Of a stretch of 64,000 bases of DNA, positions 57,428 to 64,000 are shown in pieces; within the stretch, counting starts at the first letter, position 1; each line of letters begins with the position of its first letter. The DNA comes from Nitrospirota bacterium (GTDB taxonomy: Bacteria > Nitrospirota > UBA9217). The position numbers and the translations under genes were made by a program. The stretch is taken from positions 107,680 through 171,679 of the forward strand of contig CAVUCU010000003.1 of NCBI GenBank assembly GCA_963740085.1, read 5' to 3'. A model generated the notes under the pieces. It saw nothing but the letters and a program-made list of their open reading frames with translations, searched no databases and was not told the DNA's origin.

Positions 57428-58372
57428 CTACTCCAGCATGAAATACGAAAGCATCCCGAGCGTGGCGAATAGGAACGCGCTCCCCAGGAATTCGGTAATG
57501 CGGAAGATCCTCATCTTCGCCATGCCGGTTTCGATCAGCACCAGGGCCGCCCCCACGAACCCGAGTTTGAGCATCAGGATGGGAAACGCGGAGACGACCG
57601 ATGCCAGGTCATCATTCAAGGCAATGCCCAGCGGGAAAAAGGACGCGATCCCCAGGACAACAAAGAGAAAGAGTTTCATCATGCTCGACCATTCGATGAG
57701 CGCCAGATGTCTGCCGGAATACTCCAGGATCATGGCCTCGTGGATCATGGTGAGTTCGAGATGCGTGGCGGGATTGTCCACCGGCACCCTCCCCGTCTCG
57801 GCCAGCGCGATGAAGATGAATGCCAAGAGGGCGAACACGAGTGACGGCCTCAGCAGGGAATGTCCCTGCGAAATGACCAGCACGATCTGGGACAACGATG
57901 TGGATTTGCCGACCAGCGAGACGGCAAAAACAGCCATGAGCATGGCGGGCTCTGCCAGAGAGGCGATGGTCATCTCCCGGCTCGAACCCATGCCGCCGAA
58001 GGCGGTGCCTATGTCCATGCCCGCCAGCGCGAGAAAGAACCGTGCTATCGCAAAGAGCGCCACGAGGGCGATCACGTCCGCGGTAGCTGAAAAAAGCAGA
58101 TCCGTTGACAGCATGGGGATGATGCCGCCCGCCATGACCGAGACGCCGAATACCAGATACGGCGTAAAGCGGAATATCCACGAGGCATTCTCCGCCAGGA
58201 CAACGTCCTTTGACAGAAGTTTCCTGATGTCCCGGTAAGGCTGGAGCAGGCTCGGGGCCGTGCGACCCTGGAGCCAGCACTTCACCATCTTCACCCAGCC
58301 CGTGAACAGGGGCGCCATGGCCAGCAGAAGAATAATCTGCGCTATCTCCAGAATAAACGCGTTGATCAGCAA
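57428..58372 (-). CDS. NuoH/HycD/HyfC-like membrane subunit
   Basis: 314 aa. LAMAPLFTGWVKMVKCWLQGRTAPSLLQPYRDIRKLL is the typical HycD N-terminus, and there are 8 TM. Confidence 0.8.
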   Translation of the reverse strand: MLINAFILEIAQIILLLAMAPLFTGWVKMVKCWLQGRTAPSLLQPYRDIRKLLSKDVVLAENASWIFRFTPYLVFGVSVMAGGIIPMLSTDLLFSATADVIALVALFAIARFFLALAGMDIGTAFGGMGSSREMTIASLAEPAMLMAVFAVSLVGKSTSLSQIVLVISQGHSLLRPSLVFALLAFIFIALAETGRVPVDNPATHLELTMIHEAMILEYSGRHLALIEWSSMMKLFLFVVLGIASFFPLGIALNDDLASVVSAFPILMLKLGFVGAALVLIETGMAKMRIFRITEFLGSAFLFATLGMLSYFMLE

Positions 58373-58459
58373 TGGAAAGCTCCTAACCCCGAGAAGCCGA
58401 CGTCCTCACGCCGCAGTCTCGGGAAATCCTCTGCAAGATAATAAACATGCATTGACGGC

Positions 58460-60505
58460 TCACCTCAGAAATATCAGCAGTACGACGATCGTCACGAACG
58501 AATAAATGAGATAGACCTGGATATGGCCATGCTGCATCCTTCCGATCCGTCTCGAAATCCAAAAGCTTGCGACAACGACAGGCTGGTACAACCAGACCCA
58601 GAAGCGGTCCCTCACCTTGAGATGGTAATGCAGCCGCTCGGGGAAGGCCGGATGGGTCGCCGGCGGGAGCTGACGCACGCGCTCCTTGATGTTGAAGAGA
58701 TACCCGAAGATCCTCCGAAGAGGCATGGCAAACGAGGTGGCCGTGTACTGCATCCGGTTGGTGACCTTTTCGAATCCGCAGTCCCAAAGCGGCATGCGGC
58801 GAATGGTTCCGGGGCGTGTATGGAGCAACAGATAGGTCGCCACCACGACCGACAGGATGCCCAGGAAAGCGATGGGCGCCGAATAGGAGGCGCGCGCAGC
58901 GGCAATCGGCGTGAGCCACATCCAGCCGAAACCCGATGCTGACGCGGCGATCGTGCCGCCCACCAGCTCCTCGGCAATAGGGTCCATCCACCTGATCATG
59001 AATGTGGGCAGGATACCGAGGCCAAGACAGGTGAGAGCCCCAAGCAGCATGCCGATGCGCATGGACCAGTCCACTTCATGGACACGGACAGGATGATGTC
59101 CACGCTGGTGTCCCAGAAAGGTTACGCCGAATGCCTTTACGAAACAGGCTGCCGCCAGCGCGCTCGTCAGTGCCAGGAGCGCGGCCCCCAGCGGGATAAG
59201 CAGGTTCAGGAGCGGACTGGGAAGCGCGGGTGACAGCAGGAACGCCTGATAGGTCAGCCATTCCGATACGAACCCGTTAAATGGCGGCAGTGCCGATATC
59301 GAAATGCACCCGATCAGAAAGAAAACAGCGGTCCAGGGCATGAAGCGAATGAGGCCGCCCATCTCCTCCATATTCCGCTCATGCGTGGCATGAAGCACGG
59401 CGCCCGCTCCCATGAAGAGCAGCCCTTTGAACATGGCATGGTTAACGGTGTGATAGAGACCGGCGATGAGCGCGAGGGCGGCCAGCAGGGACATGTCGAA
59501 GGAGGTGAAGATCATCGCAAGCCCGATGCCGATGAGGATGATGCCGATGTTCTCCACGGAATGATATGCAAGGAGCCTCTTCAGATCATGCTGCATCAGC
59601 GCATACAGAACACCCATGACCGCGGACACCAGCCCGAACACCAGAACGAGGGCGCCCCACCACCAGGGGAAAACGCCGATCAGGTCGAAGACGACGCGCA
59701 CGATGCCGTAGATGGCCGTCTTAAGCATTACGCCGCTCATAAGAGCGGAGACGTTCGAAGGCGCGACCGGATGGGCCTCGGGCAGCCAGACATGAAGCGG
59801 TATCACACCGGCCTTGGCGGAGAACCCGAAGAAGGCGAGCAGAAACGCGATTGAAGCCCAGCCAGCGGGGAGGTCTGCTTCACGCATGGCGTCGAATGTG
59901 TAACCTTCAAATCCCTTGAACCCGGTTGCCAGGCCGGCCATGATCCCGAAGGAGAGGAGGATCGCGATCGCCCCCACGTGCGCGACGACCAGATAGAGGA
60001 AGGCGGCCCTTCTGTTCTCAATTCGCTCATCTTCAAAAAGCACCAGGAAGTACGAGGCAGCCGCCATCATCTCCCAGGCGATCAGGAAGAAGAACGCATC
60101 GTCGGCCAGGACCACGAGGAACATCCCCGCGAGAAAGAGCGAATAAAATACGACAAGACTGGTCACCGACCGGTGCCCCAGGTAACCCTTGACATATCCG
60201 AGAGAGTAGATGGATACAAAAAAAGCGAGCAGTCCGACGATCACGAGAAAGAAACCGGACAAGAGATCGAGCCGAAGATGAAACGGCAGGTCGGGCAGGC
60301 CCAGAGGCACGATGACCTGGTAAGGAGTGCCGCTCGATACCGCCCAGATACCGGCGACCGTCGCCAGCAGGGAAGCGATCGTGGTGAAGGAAAAACCGAG
60401 TGTGATGAGAAGTCTCTGGTTCCGACGGAGAAACGGCGTCAGCGCAAGCGAAAACAGAAGCACCGCAAACGATGAGGATATCAAGCTGATGGGTGAAAGA
60501 TCCAC
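58460..60505 (-). CDS. NuoL/HyfB/HycC-like antiporter subunit
   Basis: 681 aa polytopic protein. WEMMAAASYFLV and VWLPEAHPVAPSNVSALMSGVMLK are proton-pump (Mrp/NuoL) signatures. Confidence 0.8.
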   Translation of the reverse strand: MDLSPISLISSSFAVLLFSLALTPFLRRNQRLLITLGFSFTTIASLLATVAGIWAVSSGTPYQVIVPLGLPDLPFHLRLDLLSGFFLVIVGLLAFFVSIYSLGYVKGYLGHRSVTSLVVFYSLFLAGMFLVVLADDAFFFLIAWEMMAAASYFLVLFEDERIENRRAAFLYLVVAHVGAIAILLSFGIMAGLATGFKGFEGYTFDAMREADLPAGWASIAFLLAFFGFSAKAGVIPLHVWLPEAHPVAPSNVSALMSGVMLKTAIYGIVRVVFDLIGVFPWWWGALVLVFGLVSAVMGVLYALMQHDLKRLLAYHSVENIGIILIGIGLAMIFTSFDMSLLAALALIAGLYHTVNHAMFKGLLFMGAGAVLHATHERNMEEMGGLIRFMPWTAVFFLIGCISISALPPFNGFVSEWLTYQAFLLSPALPSPLLNLLIPLGAALLALTSALAAACFVKAFGVTFLGHQRGHHPVRVHEVDWSMRIGMLLGALTCLGLGILPTFMIRWMDPIAEELVGGTIAASASGFGWMWLTPIAAARASYSAPIAFLGILSVVVATYLLLHTRPGTIRRMPLWDCGFEKVTNRMQYTATSFAMPLRRIFGYLFNIKERVRQLPPATHPAFPERLHYHLKVRDRFWVWLYQPVVVASFWISRRIGRMQHGHIQVYLIYSFVTIVVLLIFLR

Positions 60506-60559
60506 GTCCCTGCCTCCACAACTATCCGTGCATCTGTGAGCGAAAGCCGATCTAAATTT

Positions 60560-61089
60560 TCAGGTTCTTTTCGTGCAGGAATCTATCAGCTGGGAAAGCC
60601 CCAGCAGGATGGCCGTGGGAGTCGGCGGACACCCGGGGATATAACTGTCAACAGGGATTACGTTCGCCGCGCCGTTCGTAACGGCGTAACTTCCCTTATA
60701 TATTCCTCCGTCCTTTGCGCAGTCGCCGCAGGCGACCACCAGCCTTGGCTCCGGCGTCGCGATATACGTTCTTTTGAGCGCCAGTTCCATCTGTCGCGAC
60801 ACCGGACCGGTCACGAACAACACATCGGCATGTCGCGGTGATGCGACAAAATCGATGCCGAACCGCTGAATATCGTAGACGGGATTAGTGAGCGCCGTGC
60901 ATTCCCATTCACAAGCGTTGCAGGAACCTGCATCTATGTGCCTGATCCGGAGCGACCTGTTAAAGATTTTATCAATGTTTTTCTGAAAGTCAACAATCTT
61001 CGCCGCCTGCTCGGGAGTAACAGTGAATCCCTCGGGAAACGGGATGACTTTCTTTTCTTGATTATATTTTTAATGATCTCTTTAAACAT
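60560..61089 (-). CDS. NuoB/HycG-like small subunit, copy 1, with one frameshift in an A-run near the 5' end
   Basis: ATG 61089 gives MFKEIIKNIIKKRK. The frame then has to shift to read VIPFPEGFTVTPEQAAKIVDFQKNIDKIFNRSLRIRHIDAGSCNACEWE...ACGDCAKDGG...IPGCPPTP, which continues into ORF 60560..60823. The shift is at the T4 run 61053-61056 (AAGAAAAGAAAG on the coding strand). Confidence 0.75.
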
Positions 61090-61167
61090 AATTTACACCC
61101 TGCGTTATGCAGACTGAAGCCTGCGGCTACCCGCGAGTCATTTATCTTTTCCTGACCTCTGATTTCC

Positions 61168-61205
61168 CGACTCCGAACTTCGAACTCCTAACTCCGAACT
61201 TCTCC
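61168..61205. repeat. Half-element of ctccgaact words (related to R4 right arm)
   Basis: cgactccgaacttcgaactcctaactccgaacttctc. No convincing complementary arm was found nearby. Confidence 0.4.
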
Positions 61206-61211
61206 CATCTC

Positions 61212-62783
61212 TCACATGTCCGTCCCTGAATACGACAAATTAAAGCTCTTGTTGCAGAGCGGGAAATCGGGCACGATGTTCCCATGCACCGCAAAAGGCA
61301 CCGCGGGCCAGTTGCAGTACGACGGCGAACGGAGCTTCACCCGGAGCGGTTTCCCGTCCTTATCCGCCATGACCCAGTAGAAGAGCGATCCGCGCGGCGA
61401 TTCGACATATCCCAGCGAAGAGGCATACGGTGCAGCCTGTTTCGCCGGAACGGCCAGACCACCTTTATAACCGCTTTCGATGAGCTCGTGGATCATGGAT
61501 ATGGAACATTCTATTTCTTCAGACCTGATCATCATGCGTGCAAACACGTCTCCCTTTTCCAGGGTATGCGATTCAAAGATCAGGCGGTCGTAGAGCAGAT
61601 GGGGATGGGCCTTTCTCATATCGTCGGTCAGGCCCGATGCACGGGCGGCCACGCCCGTGACGCCGAACTTCCGCGCGAGGTCCTTCGACAGCCGTCCGGT
61701 GTTCTGCATCCGCTCGATGTGCGATACCGAGCCCAGCAGCAATTTCATCAGCTCTTTGTATTCCCGGGTGACGATATCGAGGGTCTTGAGAACATCATCG
61801 GCCAGGGCAAAGACATCTTTTGTGACGCCGCCGATCACGTTCACGCCGCGCAGATACCTGCTGCCCGTGAGCCGTTCATTGAGCTGCATGAGCCGTTCCT
61901 TGATGACCGCGCCGTTCATATACCCGAGCGCGAATGCCGTTCCGGCGCACATGTTCCCGATATCGCCGATATGGTTGTAGAGCCGTTCGAGCTCGAGAAC
62001 AAGGGTCCTGACCGCAGCCGCCTTTTCAGTGATCCCGACGCCCGTCATTCGTTCAACAGCCATGCAGTACGCCGTCCCGTGCGCAAAGGACGAGGTGCCC
62101 GACACGCGTTCAGCGAGCTTCACTCCTTCGACAAACCCGAGTTTTTCGAAATGCTTCTCTGTGCCCTTGTGCGTGTAGGACAATCTCGGTTCGAGGAAGA
62201 AGATCGTCTCTCCCACGGCACTGAACCTGAAGTGCCCGGGTTCAATGATGCCCGCATGCACCGGCCCGACGGGGATCTCGACGATGCCCTCGCCGGCAAC
62301 TTCCATGAACGGATGAGGGACCTTTTGCAGTGTCCCCTCACCCCACTCTTTGAGATCTGATCCGGAAAGAGACCAGTCCTTGCGAAGCGGATGAGAATCC
62401 GCGGGGAACGCCTCATGAAAAACAAGTCTGCGCTGGTCCGGATGCCCTTGCGGGTTGAGGCCGAACATATCCATGATCTCGCGCTCGTACCAGTGGGCGG
62501 CGGGGATATGCGGCGTCAGCGACGGGAACCGGGGATCGGATTCCTTCACCGGCAGGACAATGAGGAAGAACCGGTCTACACCGGGCACGGTGAATACGGT
62601 ATGGACCCTGAACACCCCGTCCCGCTCACGCTCGTCCGTCGCGAACATCAGGCGCAGCAGGGCGTGCTTCTCCGCGGACAGATAAAGGCAGACGTCCCTG
62701 AAATCGTCGCGCTTGACCTCGATTGAGGACTCGTTCAAATAGTCTACGGTCCTGACCGCCTTATGAAACACCTTGTCCATCAA
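61212..62783 (-). CDS. NuoC-NuoD/HycE-like large subunit lacking all NiFe-ligand cysteines (Ehr-type), copy 1
   Basis: 523 aa. The NuoC-like part has FPSLTPHIPAAHWYEREIMDMFG, and EIPVGPVHAGIIEPGHFRF follows. At the L1 position it has ERVSGTSSFAH, and the C-terminus is NLSYSGTDM. There is a 4-nt overlap with the upstream antiporter-like gene. Confidence 0.8.
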   Translation of the reverse strand: MMDKVFHKAVRTVDYLNESSIEVKRDDFRDVCLYLSAEKHALLRLMFATDERERDGVFRVHTVFTVPGVDRFFLIVLPVKESDPRFPSLTPHIPAAHWYEREIMDMFGLNPQGHPDQRRLVFHEAFPADSHPLRKDWSLSGSDLKEWGEGTLQKVPHPFMEVAGEGIVEIPVGPVHAGIIEPGHFRFSAVGETIFFLEPRLSYTHKGTEKHFEKLGFVEGVKLAERVSGTSSFAHGTAYCMAVERMTGVGITEKAAAVRTLVLELERLYNHIGDIGNMCAGTAFALGYMNGAVIKERLMQLNERLTGSRYLRGVNVIGGVTKDVFALADDVLKTLDIVTREYKELMKLLLGSVSHIERMQNTGRLSKDLARKFGVTGVAARASGLTDDMRKAHPHLLYDRLIFESHTLEKGDVFARMMIRSEEIECSISMIHELIESGYKGGLAVPAKQAAPYASSLGYVESPRGSLFYWVMADKDGKPLRVKLRSPSYCNWPAVPFAVHGNIVPDFPLCNKSFNLSYSGTDM

Positions 62784-64000
62784 TTCACTCCAAAGATCTG
62801 TACGCAGGACCTGATGGTATCGTCGATGAACCGGGGGACCCTGACGCCCATCACCACGATCGCAACTGCCATCACGATCATGACGATCGTGCCGAGCATA
62901 TTCCCCGGGTTAAATCCTGCAGCGGGGTGATGGCCGGGATCAAGAGAACCGGATTCCCCGGGTTTCCCGAACAGCATCTTTCCGAAGCCGGAAAGCACCC
63001 CGTAAAACACGATGGCGACGAAGAACAGGAAAAAGGCAACCACGAACCACAGGCCCCTGTCCACGCCGGCCTTCAGGACAGTGAACTCGCTCACAAATAT
63101 ATTGAACGGCGGTGTGCCGGAGAGCGACAACATGCCGATGAATGTCAGCGTTCCCAGGAGCGGCATGGACGTGAGCACTCCGCTCACGTTGGCGATGTTC
63201 GTAGATCCGAAACGTGACTGGATCTTTCCCGAGGCGAAGAACATGAGCGGTTTTGCGAGGGCATGGTTCAGGACATGCAGGAGCGCGCCGTAGATACCGA
63301 CCGGCCCGCCGATGCCGATACCGAGCGAAATGATGCCCATGTGCTCGATACTGCTGTAGGCAAGGAGCCGTTTGTAATTGTCCTGTACCAGGATGAAGAT
63401 CGCTGAGATGCCCAGGGAGATAAGGCCGAAGATGATCAGGAGGTTGCCGGTAAAGGCGCCGCCCGTCGACGGTTCGACGATCATGACAAAGCGCATGATC
63501 CCGTAGAACGCCGTATTGAGCAGTATCCCCGAAAGCAGGGCGCTGATCGGGCTCGGCGCCTGGCTATGGGCGTCGGGCAGCCAGTTGTGCACCGGTGCAA
63601 GGCCGGCCTTGGTGCCGTAACCGACAAGCACGAAGATAAAGGCGAGTTTCATGGTCTCGGGATTAAGCTTGCTTGCAACACCGCGAAGCACGGTCCAGTT
63701 GAGCGCGCCCTCGGTCCCCATGACGGACGTGGAGGCATAGTAGGTAATGAACGTGCCGAGCAGGGCAAAGGTGATGCCGACCGTGCACAGGATGATGTAC
63801 TTCCACGCGGCCTCGACCGCCAGCGGCCGCTTGTGGAACCCGAGGCCGATGAGAAGAGCGGACACGATGGTCGTTGCCTCGATCCCGATCCACATGACGG
63901 CAAGGTTGTTCGCCATGCACACAAGCAGCATCGTGAAGACAAAGAGATGGAACAGACCGTAGTAGGTCCTCACTCCGCGGAGATTCATCAGCCCCGTTTC
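62780..64000 (-). CDS. NuoM/N- (HyfD/F-, MrpD-) like antiporter subunit, N-terminus outside the window
   Basis: The reading frame is open to the window edge. WLPDAHSQAPSPISALLSG and the overall similarity to the 55030..56479 product indicate that about 90 N-terminal residues are missing here. Confidence 0.75.
   Translation of the reverse strand, partial: ETGLMNLRGVRTYYGLFHLFVFTMLLVCMANNLAVMWIGIEATTIVSALLIGLGFHKRPLAVEAAWKYIILCTVGITFALLGTFITYYASTSVMGTEGALNWTVLRGVASKLNPETMKLAFIFVLVGYGTKAGLAPVHNWLPDAHSQAPSPISALLSGILLNTAFYGIMRFVMIVEPSTGGAFTGNLLIIFGLISLGISAIFILVQDNYKRLLAYSSIEHMGIISLGIGIGGPVGIYGALLHVLNHALAKPLMFFASGKIQSRFGSTNIANVSGVLTSMPLLGTLTFIGMLSLSGTPPFNIFVSEFTVLKAGVDRGLWFVVAFFLFFVAIVFYGVLSGFGKMLFGKPGESGSLDPGHHPAAGFNPGNMLGTIVMIVMAVAIVVMGVRVPRFIDDTIRSCVQIFGVN

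Noticed and set aside
61040-61065. Programmed ribosomal frameshifting in the A-rich run of the small-subunit gene.
   Set aside because: No downstream stimulatory structure was recognised, and seven of the eight other located frameshift junctions in the window also sit at short homopolymers or dinucleotide runs, so error or mutation is the simpler explanation. It is kept only as a check in the findings.

Overview
This is a 64-kb chromosomal window, mid-50s % GC by eye, with most genes on the minus strand. I saw no rRNA, tRNA, CRISPR array, transposase, integrase or phage genes. The gene content is sigma54 enhancer-binding regulators, many Usp proteins, an Ehr/hydrogenase-like complex and LPICxxCKKIR-tailed regulators. 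It looks like an anaerobic Nitrospirota/Desulfobacterota-type bacterium, but that is inference only.

**Layout**
- 1-15.3 kb is mostly housekeeping: PmbA/TldD (partial), queD, two adjacent Hfq-family genes carrying three Sm domains in total, lnt, recO, a PD-(D/E)xK nuclease fused to an XPD/DinG Fe-S helicase, dedA, era, a cytochrome c, nadA, rmuC, an AT-richer orphan gene and kup.
- 15.5-22.8 kb is a tightly packed minus-strand operon: two paralogous T2SSE_N(MshEN)-DUF202 membrane proteins, a histidine kinase, a single-domain receiver and a PEP-utilising (dikinase-like) protein.
- 23-33.7 kb holds two analogous Usp + TauE/SafE-permease modules. Each sits behind a TTGGCAC-N5-YTGMA sigma54-type promoter and they flank a kinase/NtrC pair. 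Three products share an FAE(A/E)G-x3-TA-x2-I peptide motif, and one of them is an untracked 56-aa ORF.
- 33.9-38.9 kb encodes a Lon protease that lacks the N-domain and carries a complete receiver domain inserted before the AAA+ module. It is translationally coupled to a kinase and followed by a second NtrC-type regulator.
- 41-49.6 kb is a signalling cluster: an HD-GYP regulator, a 1085-aa hybrid kinase, then four genes riddled with frameshifts.
- 52.7-64 kb is a group-4-hydrogenase-like (Ehr-type) membrane complex. The module of antiporter-like subunit, NuoCD-like large subunit and NuoB-like small subunit is present twice, and both large subunits lack all four NiFe cysteines.

**Cross-cutting observations**
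- A family of intergenic imperfect hairpins is built from short low-complexity words.
- Most of the frameshift junctions I located to a base sit at homopolymers or dinucleotide runs, so sequencing error versus real gene decay needs read-level checking.

All homology calls come from motif recognition by eye; nothing was searched against a database.
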